35,061 nt of DNA from the IMG/VR virus record IMGVR_UViG_3300029188_000076, positions 1 to 35,061 of that record; one strand, written 5' to 3'. The notes beneath the pieces were generated by a model that saw only the letters and a program-made list of their open reading frames with translations, was not told the DNA's origin and made no database searches. Of the stretch, positions 20,273 through 29,068 are shown piece by piece. Numbering within the stretch: the stretch's first letter is position 1; each line of letters starts with the position of its first letter. The stretch is from a virus. The position numbers were made by a program, and so were the translations under genes.

Positions 20273-21241
20273 ATGGCAAACGAATTTAAAATTCCTGTAA
20301 ATTTAGTTCCCAAGATCTGGACGAAAAAGGTATGGAAGGAAGGCTTGAAAGCTTCTTATTTTGATAAGTTTACATCAACCAGCGGGGACAATGTCGTTCA
20401 TGCGAATAAAGATCTTAAGAATGCTAAGGGTGATAAGGTTTATTTCGGGTTGATGATGAACCTGAAGGGAGCTGGTGTAACTGGCAACAATACACTCAAG
20501 GGCAACGAAGAGGAGCTTAAGGTGTATGATTTCGGCGTAGATACGACGCTTATCAGAAATGCGGTAAAACGTTTTGAAGCGGATGATCAGAAATCCCCTT
20601 ATGCAAACCTGCCGATGATTAAGAGTGCACTTACGCAGTGGCTTTCTGACTGGAAAGATAATTCTCTTATAAAGTCTTTGACGGTTAACCCCACAGCTGG
20701 CGAACGTCTTATCGCGTCTACGGCGGGAACAGAGGTTTCTTTGACGGCTAATGACAAGCTGACTTGTGCTGTGATCAGCCGTGCGAAACGGAAAGCGATG
20801 ATGCATGAGCCGAAGGTGAAACCGATTAAAGTTGACGGGCAGGAGAAATACATCATGCTTGTCGGCACGTGGGCAGCGCGTGACTTGAAAGCAGATCCGG
20901 TATGGCAGGCGGCACAGCAGAACGCGGCAATCCGCGGCAGCAAAAACCCGATTTTCACCGGAGCGCTCGGCGAATATGACGGCGTCGTTCTGTATGAATA
21001 TGAACGTGTCATGAACACGACCACGGGTGCGTCTTCTGCAAACGTTGTTCACAATTTGCTTTTAGGGCAGCAGGCGGCATGCTTCGCTGTGGCTCGTGAA
21101 GCACGTTTCATCCACGATGAGGACGATTACGGCAACTTGCAGGGGAGCGGTATCGCGTTCTACGGCGGCATTGTCAAGTCAATCTACAACAGCAAAGATT
21201 ATGGCGTGATTCAGGTCATGACCGGCGGTGCTGTAGAGTAA
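20273..21241 (+). CDS. Major capsid protein (N4-gp56-type, HK97 fold)
   Basis: 322 aa. The pattern is KIWTKKVWKEGLKASYFDKF...KGDKVYFGLMMNLKGAGVTGNNTLKGNEEEL. A strong terminator follows. Confidence 0.85.
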   Translation: MANEFKIPVNLVPKIWTKKVWKEGLKASYFDKFTSTSGDNVVHANKDLKNAKGDKVYFGLMMNLKGAGVTGNNTLKGNEEELKVYDFGVDTTLIRNAVKRFEADDQKSPYANLPMIKSALTQWLSDWKDNSLIKSLTVNPTAGERLIASTAGTEVSLTANDKLTCAVISRAKRKAMMHEPKVKPIKVDGQEKYIMLVGTWAARDLKADPVWQAAQQNAAIRGSKNPIFTGALGEYDGVVLYEYERVMNTTTGASSANVVHNLLLGQQAACFAVAREARFIHDEDDYGNLQGSGIAFYGGIVKSIYNSKDYGVIQVMTGGAVE

Positions 21242-21259
21242 TTTCAATGGAGATGAGGT

Positions 21260-21290
21260 GAGGGCTTTTTACAGCCCTCTTTCCTTTTCT
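21260..21290 (+). terminator. Rho-independent terminator/attenuator after the capsid gene
   Basis: Stem GAGGGCT(21260-21266)/AGCCCTC(21273-21279) is followed by TTTCCTTTTCT. Confidence 0.7.
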
Positions 21291-21302
21291 TAAGGAGTAA
21301 CT

Positions 21303-21854
21303 ATGACAGTAAGAGATTTGATTAACCGTGCGTATATGCAGGTGGGCGATACGTCGCAGGTGAATTATACGCCGTATCAGTTTCTGGAGTTTTATAACGA
21401 AGGCAATCATATTCTGCATAAGCTTATAGCGCGGTATATTCCGGATATAGTGAGCAAAACTGAAAACGGACACCAACTGCGTCCGGATGTGGAATTATCA
21501 AAAATGGCACTCCGCATTCTTTCGGTGAAAGATGCAAAGGGGAATGATATTGATTACGATTTAACCGCCCATCAGCTGGTAACGGCAAAAGATAAAAACC
21601 AACGCGGATTAATTGTAGTATATATCCCGTCTGCAGATTACAAAGACATGAGTGACAACAGCGGTTATCCGTCAGAAATGGAAAGTATGCTCGTCAATTA
21701 CATGGTGGCACGCATCCTGAAAGCGGATTTATCGTTTGTATCGAACTGGGAAAATGAAGTCTCTGAAATAGCGCGCCAAATGGACGATGAAGGTGGTTTC
21801 ATAGCAGGGGGGTACTGGCCGTATGACAGTAGGCGAATTGATTACGATGATTAA
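21303..21854 (+). CDS. Head completion / connector-type protein (183 aa)
   Basis: Called from its position after the capsid gene. The N-terminus MTVRDLINRAYMQVGD... resembles gp6-type head-tail connector leaders. Confidence 0.4.
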   Translation: MTVRDLINRAYMQVGDTSQVNYTPYQFLEFYNEGNHILHKLIARYIPDIVSKTENGHQLRPDVELSKMALRILSVKDAKGNDIDYDLTAHQLVTAKDKNQRGLIVVYIPSADYKDMSDNSGYPSEMESMLVNYMVARILKADLSFVSNWENEVSEIARQMDDEGGFIAGGYWPYDSRRIDYDD

Positions 21855-22293
21855 TCTGGATACGAATGAAATCTTAGATAATAGCACGGAATATATCCCT
21901 TATATTAATGCGGCTATTGATTATTTGACTATGGCGCTTATCCCGATGAAAGACAGGGAAGTGGTAAGGTCTATGGATATAACTAATAATAATCCGGTAC
22001 CCGGTGATTTTACAGCGTTTGTGCCGGCGGCGGGATATCCGGTCCGCATTGTGAACGGGTCTTTCCAGACGTACGGTGGAAAGACTGTCAATGATGTATT
22101 TTACGCTGTGAAAAAGCCGCATGTATCGGATGAAACTGATTCAATTCCATTCAGCGAAATCTTCCATTTCATTTTGGTACAGTTGGTTTCGTTTCTTGTC
22201 AAGAAGAAATCATTAATGCTGGATTATGCCAATGCGGATAAAGCGTTCATCGCTGATCTGACATCGGCAATCCAAGCGGCAAGAGGGCGCTGA
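21823..22293 (+). CDS. Head-tail connector protein (gp6-like pattern, 156 aa)
   Basis: MTVGELITMINLDTNEILDNSTEYIPYINAAIDYLTMAL fits the connector N-terminal helix pattern. It overlaps the upstream gene by 32 nt. Confidence 0.4.
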   Translation: MTVGELITMINLDTNEILDNSTEYIPYINAAIDYLTMALIPMKDREVVRSMDITNNNPVPGDFTAFVPAAGYPVRIVNGSFQTYGGKTVNDVFYAVKKPHVSDETDSIPFSEIFHFILVQLVSFLVKKKSLMLDYANADKAFIADLTSAIQAARGR

Positions 22294-22294
22294 T

Positions 22295-23719
22295 ATGGGA
22301 GAACGTTTCTTTGCTTCGACGAACGGTTTTAGGTTAGGTTTGGACTGGAGCAAGCCGGCAGAAAGTATTGATTTGCAGAGTTTGACGCAGGCAATAAACT
22401 GCGAATACAGCCCGACGGACGGCGCGCTTCAAACAGTGCCGGGCGTGAAAATAATTTATACGGGAACGGCGAATATTGAAAGTTTGTATTATGACAATTA
22501 CCGCCATCAGTATTACTTTTCATGTAACCATGATTTGTATAAAACAGCTGATTTTGTGACGGTCACCCGGCTGGGAACATTAACCGGTAACAGCACTCCG
22601 AAATACCACGCTTTTGACCATGATATATTGATTGCGTCCGGCGGTAAGCTGCAGGCTGTTTCTGGTACTGGCGTATTGTCTACTGTGGACGAAAGTCCGA
22701 CTTGCGAATTTGTGAGCAGCCATTCTGGATCTGTCATAGTAGCGTCAATCTATGGACACCGTATCACATGGTCAGCTGTCGGAGATTATAAATCATGGAC
22801 AACGAACACGAACGACGCGTCATCGGCGCAATATGTAGAAGTTGGTTATAAAGATCCCGGCTGTATTGTATCTATTGATTTCTTGTCAAAGGCAATCATT
22901 GTATATAAAGAATACGGTAGGGCATATCAAGTTGTGGGTAATCCCCACGAGAAGACACTTGCTGTTTATCCTCTTTCTGAAACGGCTTTGTGCTGCGGCA
23001 GTTCTATCAGCATTGATGACCGAAGTTATTATTTGGGTGATGCGGGGCTGATGAGTTTTGTTCCGACAAATACGTATGCGAATATTCAGCCGTTCGAAGT
23101 GGGTCTTAATATTAATGCACAACTGATGACGATTACCTCAGAGCAAGCCCGGATGTGGCATGTTCCTGGAAGAAAACAGCTGTGGATTAAACCCGGGAGA
23201 AATCAGGATATATTTATTTATCATTATCTGCCGCGGTACGAGGACGGACGCGGTGTATTCACGTCAAGGTCTTTCGTTCATAATCTGCATGATGTGTTGA
23301 CAGTCAGCAAGGATGTCTATATTGCCTATGGTAATAAAATAGGCATTCTTGATTCAAGTATAGATACTGATGACGGAGAACAGATTACGACGTCGATTGT
23401 TTCAGGGAACAGATTGGCGCAAAGACTGTTCTTACTGCTATTCTCTTATAATTTCGTATCAAGCAACCGTATCGAAGGTTATGGCAGTATTACGATTAGC
23501 GATAAACGGGCAAAACCTGTTACATTCAAAGCGGCCGGTACAAAGTTATACTATGCGAATGAAAAGTTGATTAACGCAACCGGCAGGCTGAATAGCAATG
23601 AGTATACGAAAGTAAATAAGATCGGCGGCGGAGCGAACCGCCATCTGCAGATAAAAATATTTGTTGCCAAGGGCGCTATCGCTTTGCGGCAGTTTGATTA
23701 TACTTACGAGGAGGTTTAA
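22295..23719 (+). CDS. Tail hub / packaged-DNA stabilisation protein (P22 gp10-like by size and position)
   Basis: 474 aa, compared with 472 aa for P22 gp10. It has beta-rich repeated blades and lies between the connectors and the fibre. Confidence 0.4.
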   Translation: MGERFFASTNGFRLGLDWSKPAESIDLQSLTQAINCEYSPTDGALQTVPGVKIIYTGTANIESLYYDNYRHQYYFSCNHDLYKTADFVTVTRLGTLTGNSTPKYHAFDHDILIASGGKLQAVSGTGVLSTVDESPTCEFVSSHSGSVIVASIYGHRITWSAVGDYKSWTTNTNDASSAQYVEVGYKDPGCIVSIDFLSKAIIVYKEYGRAYQVVGNPHEKTLAVYPLSETALCCGSSISIDDRSYYLGDAGLMSFVPTNTYANIQPFEVGLNINAQLMTITSEQARMWHVPGRKQLWIKPGRNQDIFIYHYLPRYEDGRGVFTSRSFVHNLHDVLTVSKDVYIAYGNKIGILDSSIDTDDGEQITTSIVSGNRLAQRLFLLLFSYNFVSSNRIEGYGSITISDKRAKPVTFKAAGTKLYYANEKLINATGRLNSNEYTKVNKIGGGANRHLQIKIFVAKGAIALRQFDYTYEEV

Positions 23720-24880
23720 ATGCCTTATACGGAAAAATATCCTTTGAACCCGACGCCGCAAGGAGACAGCACGAAAGAAGCTGTACTAAAGAATAGGGAA
23801 GAAATCAAGACGATTGGGGATGCGCTTTCCGCACGGTCGAAAAGTGGTGGGAGCGGTCTTCGGCAGCGCATTTTATACGGGAAAAACAGCGGCGGGAAGT
23901 ATAGCTTCCTTTCCGGCGATGGATTGTCGGTCATTATTGACGGAAGTACAATACCTGTTGTTTTAACGCTGGCAGACGGCTTTAATGAAAACGGCGCGAA
24001 AGATTATGTAGAAAGAATTGATAAGAAAATCAGTGCATGGACGTTGCCGATTAATACAACAAGCTATCTGTTTGTAGAACGAAATAACGCAAGTGCTTTG
24101 TCTTACGGGAGCGCAACAACAAAACCGGTATTTTCTGCTTCTTTGCCATCCGGCATTGCCACAAACACTCATGTTTTCAACACACTTGAGCAGAAGATGT
24201 ATTACTACAATGGTACAGAATGGAAAGCAGTCGTAAGAGTTTTTGTTGCAGTGGTAACGACGAATGCAACCAGCGTAACAAAGATTGAATATATGAATAA
24301 TGCGGCAGCGGTAGAAATGACGGATGCTGAAAAAGAAAAGCTGTCCGGTATTGAAGACAAAGCAGAAGTTAATCAAAACGCATTTTCTAAAGTAAAAATT
24401 GGTGACAAAGAACTTGTTGCGGCTGTGAAACAGGCTGTGCTTGGATTAATCGCAGGTGACAACATAGAATTTACTGTAGATTCCAAAGAAAAGAATATAA
24501 CGATTAGTGTTAAGGGCTCTGTTCCGAATGCTGATAAAGCAGATAAGGATGCCACCGGAAATAATATCGAAAACACGTATATGAAAAAATCGGGTGGCAC
24601 GATGACTGGGGCGCTTGTATACAAAAATCCTTCTTCTTTTTTAAATGGGCGAACAAGAGCAGTTATTCAGACACGACGTGACGACATACAAGCGTATCAG
24701 GCATGTACAAGCATGAAAACACCTCAGGGAACGTGGGTGTTAGGAACATATGACACCGAAGCGCTCTTTTTTACCTATATAGCTGATACAGCTACAACAG
24801 ATCAGGAAGCACAACACTTTCAAATAACCCCCGATGGTCATATCATATTCCCGAATAAGGCTGAGTTTTGGATAGAGTGA
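23720..24880 (+). CDS. Tail fibre / receptor-binding protein
   Basis: The fibre repeat is DAEKEKLSGIEDKAEVNQNAF, and KKSGGTMTGALVY is a motif typical of phage tail fibres. Confidence 0.75.
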   Translation: MPYTEKYPLNPTPQGDSTKEAVLKNREEIKTIGDALSARSKSGGSGLRQRILYGKNSGGKYSFLSGDGLSVIIDGSTIPVVLTLADGFNENGAKDYVERIDKKISAWTLPINTTSYLFVERNNASALSYGSATTKPVFSASLPSGIATNTHVFNTLEQKMYYYNGTEWKAVVRVFVAVVTTNATSVTKIEYMNNAAAVEMTDAEKEKLSGIEDKAEVNQNAFSKVKIGDKELVAAVKQAVLGLIAGDNIEFTVDSKEKNITISVKGSVPNADKADKDATGNNIENTYMKKSGGTMTGALVYKNPSSFLNGRTRAVIQTRRDDIQAYQACTSMKTPQGTWVLGTYDTEALFFTYIADTATTDQEAQHFQITPDGHIIFPNKAEFWIE

Positions 24881-24890
24881 GGATAGCGAA

Positions 24891-25724
24891 ATGGGTCTTT
24901 CAGTTTTAAAAATGTACTGCAAGAAGGGCAACACTACATATCCTGTTGACCTATATACGTCATCACAAGAGACAGGAATGCAAACAAATCTCTGTAAAAA
25001 AATAGTCACAGGAACACAGTCAGAGTTTTTTCGTTTAAGTACTTGCTTACAAAACGGGGCCGCGGGCGGTGATACACCAATGCGTGTCAAGTTAAATAAT
25101 AACGTCTATAAGGTTACACAGCATGGGGAATTTAAAATTACAATAACGCCTTCTGAAAATCAAACAATTACATGTACTGCTAATGGGATAACGTGGACAA
25201 GCGGCACAAAGTGGTTCCCTTATGGCACAAAATGGACAGCAAAAGTAGAAGGGATATCCGGTTATAATCCTGGCACGCTTAGTGCGACATCGGGAACATT
25301 GATTAACAATGATGTCACACTATCTGCTACCCCGGCTACACTTGCGGAGCTTCGGTTTGAGCCGTATCCATCGGGGGTTTATCCAAATGGATCTCGGGAA
25401 ACTTCGTGGGTTTGCCCTGATGGTATAACAAGGATAGAGCTGGACGGGAACAGAAATAAACCGCATTATATTGATGTCGTTCCCGGGCGTGAGTATAAAA
25501 TCTCTGTGAGCGAGGGGGATCATTGGTATATGTGTTATTACACAGGGGAAACCTGGAAAGAAAAAGTCGGTAAGCGTACATATATACGAAAAGAACAAGA
25601 GTACATCGGTGATGATTATCTTGACGCGAGACTATACATCAGAACCGGTGGTGATTTAATCATCCGTTATAATGTTAAAACAACACAAAAATCGCAATGG
25701 TTGCTTTATACCAATCATAATTAA
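24891..25724 (+). CDS. Hypothetical virion/tail-associated protein (277 aa)
   Basis: ORF with an RBS. It is beta-rich and T/G/N-rich and lies directly after the fibre gene. Confidence 0.45.
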   Translation: MGLSVLKMYCKKGNTTYPVDLYTSSQETGMQTNLCKKIVTGTQSEFFRLSTCLQNGAAGGDTPMRVKLNNNVYKVTQHGEFKITITPSENQTITCTANGITWTSGTKWFPYGTKWTAKVEGISGYNPGTLSATSGTLINNDVTLSATPATLAELRFEPYPSGVYPNGSRETSWVCPDGITRIELDGNRNKPHYIDVVPGREYKISVSEGDHWYMCYYTGETWKEKVGKRTYIRKEQEYIGDDYLDARLYIRTGGDLIIRYNVKTTQKSQWLLYTNHN

Positions 25725-25734
25725 AGGACGCAAT

Positions 25735-26136
25735 ATGCACTTATCAAACCTGAAAGAAATGATAAAAGACTATGAACGCATTACGGGGGAATCTATTAGT
25801 TTTGATGGGTTCTTTTTTGATGATGATTTTCATGATAAACATGGAACTCATTTCAAATTTTTCCCGAATATAGGATTTCTTTTCTGGCAGTTGATAAAAC
25901 ATGAAGGTGTAATTTATTTCCAGATTCTTGAAACGTACGGCAGATTTCATAAAATGACCGATTATATCCGAGAGGTGATGATACTTAATGACGTGAAAGA
26001 TATTGTGACAATGACGACACGCAATCCGAAAGGACATATCAGGCGATGGAAAATGGTACACCATCCGGAACATGATTATGATTACGAAGGACGTCATTAC
26101 TATGTGCTGACCGGCACAATTGAAAATTTACATTAG
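25735..26136 (+). CDS. Hypothetical protein (133 aa), AT-rich
   Basis: ATG after aaagga. No recognisable motif. Confidence 0.45.
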   Translation: MHLSNLKEMIKDYERITGESISFDGFFFDDDFHDKHGTHFKFFPNIGFLFWQLIKHEGVIYFQILETYGRFHKMTDYIREVMILNDVKDIVTMTTRNPKGHIRRWKMVHHPEHDYDYEGRHYYVLTGTIENLH

Positions 26137-26148
26137 AAAGGAGATTGC

Positions 26149-27786
26149 ATGCTTTTATTTGATTTACAGCTTTTCGGGAAAAAGGGAACAAAGATAACAA
26201 CTACGGATCCACAGGTTCCCAAAATGTCCGATGAGGAAAAGGGGTTACTCGGCGAGCAGCTAAAATGGGCACAGACCACACAGCCGGTGGCACAGAATTT
26301 ACTCAACATGGCAAATCAGGCTTTAAGCAGCCAGCAGGTCACGCCGAATCCGAACTGGCAGACGCTGTATGACCGGGCGCAGAACCAGACAACTGCTAAC
26401 AATCAGTTGGTGCAGGGACTGATTCCTCAAGTGAACGCAAATACAGACGCCAACGCGGCAGCTAATAATCGTTTCTCGGGCTTACTTGGGAATGCGATTC
26501 AGTCGATGTCGCAGGGAAACAAAGAATTGGCGTCTGAGTATAACGCGGCCATGCAGAACAATAATACTGCTATGCAAGGCCTGTTGAATGGCGTGCTGCC
26601 GTCTTCTTATTCAGAAAACCGGCAGAAGGCCTTGCAAAGTGATTTGACTAATACGGTCGGAAATACATTGTCTGGGCTGGCCAGCAGGGGAATTATCAAT
26701 TCTTCACAGGCGGACAGTGCATTCAATGACATTTCACGCAACGCGTCCAACACTTTGGCAGCACAGTATGGGAATGATATGCAGACGGCCGCGGGGTTGG
26801 CAGGGCAGGCATATCACAATCAGCTTGCAGGAATCAATGGTAAGGCTGGTCTTTTAGGTGATATGTTCAAAAACCAGCTTTCCGGCTACGGACAGCAATC
26901 TGATTTGAGCAACACAAATTTCAATAACAGAATGCAGGGGCTGTCTACTTTATCACAGCTGGCGAACCAGTCACAACAGATGGCTATGGATCCGATTCAG
27001 ACGGCGGCAACGGCACAGGAAGCGGCTATCAATACGCCAATGAAGTACTTGGCTATGGCCACGGGGCAAAATGCACCGACGCAAGGATTATTATCTCAAT
27101 TATCACAACAACGTTACAGTGTAGCCACCCCGGGACAGACAATTGTCCGGCAGGGGAGTGGCGGATTTTTTGGAGGTCTTATGAGCGGATTAGGAAGTTA
27201 TTTAGCATGCTTTGTAGCCGGAACAGAAATTTCAACGCCGGAAGGTGCAGTTGCTATCGAACGGATGACGTTTGGTGATCAGGTTATTTCTCTTGGCGCA
27301 GTGAATGAGGTACAAGAACTTCATGATATGGGTGAAGCGGATATTTATGAACTCAATACTCCGTCTTTTGCAGTAGAAACCACGCAAACGGAAGTATTCA
27401 TGACGCCTGATGGAAATAAACATTTATCCGAACTTTCCGATGGTGACAGTGTCATGACGGTAAACGGATTCGAGCCGATTACAGCAATTATTGCTACCGG
27501 TAAAAAAGAAAAGGTTTATGAATTGGAGTTGACCGGAGATAACATGTTCTATGCAAACGGCATTCTTGCAGAAGGGTTGACGGAAGCTGACAAGACAGCA
27601 AATGAACCGGATGGAGACATTATCCCTGCAGAGGCGGTTAACGTTGTTTCTGTAAAGGAACCGACAGAAGAGCCTGCTTCGGAGAAAGAACAACCTGCAG
27701 AAACAAAGAATGAAACAGAGAAAAAGTCGGCAGCTAAAAAAACGGCAACAAGAAGAAAGACGGTTACTAAGAAAGCGGGTAAATAA
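26149..27786 (+). CDS. Q/N-rich ejection/internal virion protein with L27-like N-terminal leader and C-terminal Hint domain plus basic tail
   Basis: The N-terminus is MLLFDLQLFGKKG. The Hint module runs from CFVAGTEISTPEG to MFYANGILAEG. The tail is KKSAAKKTATRRKTVTKKAGK. Confidence 0.65.
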   Translation: MLLFDLQLFGKKGTKITTTDPQVPKMSDEEKGLLGEQLKWAQTTQPVAQNLLNMANQALSSQQVTPNPNWQTLYDRAQNQTTANNQLVQGLIPQVNANTDANAAANNRFSGLLGNAIQSMSQGNKELASEYNAAMQNNNTAMQGLLNGVLPSSYSENRQKALQSDLTNTVGNTLSGLASRGIINSSQADSAFNDISRNASNTLAAQYGNDMQTAAGLAGQAYHNQLAGINGKAGLLGDMFKNQLSGYGQQSDLSNTNFNNRMQGLSTLSQLANQSQQMAMDPIQTAATAQEAAINTPMKYLAMATGQNAPTQGLLSQLSQQRYSVATPGQTIVRQGSGGFFGGLMSGLGSYLACFVAGTEISTPEGAVAIERMTFGDQVISLGAVNEVQELHDMGEADIYELNTPSFAVETTQTEVFMTPDGNKHLSELSDGDSVMTVNGFEPITAIIATGKKEKVYELELTGDNMFYANGILAEGLTEADKTANEPDGDIIPAEAVNVVSVKEPTEEPASEKEQPAETKNETEKKSAAKKTATRRKTVTKKAGK

Positions 27787-27788
27787 TC

Positions 27789-29057
27789 ATGAGTGTTATC
27801 TATGTACAAGATAAATCACCATGGGATCAGATTGGGAATCTGGCGGGGCTGTGGGCAGCAAACCGTCTGCAGAAAATACAGGATACTCGTAATGCTAAAG
27901 ATTATGCAACAAAGGTTTTCGGTGGCTATCAAGATGAACAGTCCCCGGGACTTTTGTCTCAATTGACACAGCCGCAGACTCCACAAATGGGCAGCGGCCT
28001 TTTTGCGCAGGACGGTCTTGAAAAAGCAATGCCCCATTTCAAGATTAACACTGCCGGGATACAGCCTTTGCAAGTTTCAATGCTTGCAATGCAGGACGCA
28101 TTGGAACAGGCGGCGCCTCATTATCAGCTGAATATGCAGCAGGCGCAGCCACAAACACAAACGCAGCCAAGTGCCCCTGATAGGAGTCAGATAAAGCAAT
28201 CACTTAGGAATAAAGCCGGGGCGGCGTATGTCAGCTTTATCAAGAGTGGTTACGGTCAGCAGGAAGCAGCGCGTATGGCAAAAGAAATGCTCGAAAATGA
28301 CACAGCAGAAGAATATGGTAAACAGCTTAGCGCTTATCAGGATAGCGTGCTTGAGCCGGCAAGGCAGGACATCTTGAATCAGCTTGTTTATACGACAGAC
28401 GGAGACGGGAATGAAACGGTCAGTGGCTATGATCCTAAAAAGCTTAAAGCAATGGCTCCGCGGATTGCCGCTTATAATTACCGTGCCCAGCAGCTGGGAC
28501 TTCCGCAGATTGATATGAATACACTGAACAATATCAACTCCCTAGATAAACCGAATATTTCTTATAAGACGATGCCAAACGGCCAGCTTGTCGCTATTAA
28601 CGGCGACACGGGAGCCGTACAGCAGATGGGGAATTATGCACCGCCGCAAGATCCGCGACGTTTTTATGTGAATACCGGCGGCGGATTATTTGATGTCAGA
28701 AGCGGGCAGGTTATTCCTGGTACGGCAAGAGAAGTGCAAGGGCCCGGAACGAGCGGGTACAATTCACAGATTATTTCACAGCTAAGTCACTTGCAGCAGA
28801 TGTACGAGAAGCAACATATGTATGATGATGATTTCGATCCCGCAAAATCTCCTTATTATGCACAGCTGCAACAGGTTTTAGGCTTGCAGCAGCCCGGACA
28901 GCCGGGAGATATAACAGGCGGGCAGAAACAGCTTGTGAATGATGAGCAAGGTCTCAGTAATAAAATCATGGAAATGCGGCAGCATATGTCCAAAGAAGAA
29001 GTACAGCAGGCATTACGAAACGAAGGACTCGGTTTCTATGCAGCATGGGTACCGTAA
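27789..29057 (+). CDS. Q-rich ejection/internal virion protein (422 aa)
   Basis: Called from its position between two ejection-type proteins. It contains low-complexity Q/P tracts. Confidence 0.45.
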   Translation: MSVIYVQDKSPWDQIGNLAGLWAANRLQKIQDTRNAKDYATKVFGGYQDEQSPGLLSQLTQPQTPQMGSGLFAQDGLEKAMPHFKINTAGIQPLQVSMLAMQDALEQAAPHYQLNMQQAQPQTQTQPSAPDRSQIKQSLRNKAGAAYVSFIKSGYGQQEAARMAKEMLENDTAEEYGKQLSAYQDSVLEPARQDILNQLVYTTDGDGNETVSGYDPKKLKAMAPRIAAYNYRAQQLGLPQIDMNTLNNINSLDKPNISYKTMPNGQLVAINGDTGAVQQMGNYAPPQDPRRFYVNTGGGLFDVRSGQVIPGTAREVQGPGTSGYNSQIISQLSHLQQMYEKQHMYDDDFDPAKSPYYAQLQQVLGLQQPGQPGDITGGQKQLVNDEQGLSNKIMEMRQHMSKEEVQQALRNEGLGFYAAWVP

Positions 29058-29068
29058 AGAGGTAAAAT

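Noticed and set aside
20375-21052. 225-aa and 141-aa minus-strand ORFs inside the capsid gene
   Set aside because: They are antisense to a well-supported major capsid protein. Their composition is Arg/Cys-rich and not protein-like. They are shadow ORFs.
26149-27786. Tape-measure protein interpretation of the 545-aa Q/N-rich protein
   Set aside because: No tail tube, sheath or chaperone-frameshift genes accompany it. It follows the fibre genes rather than preceding them. It carries a Hint domain and an L27-type leader, which fits an ejection/internal protein better.
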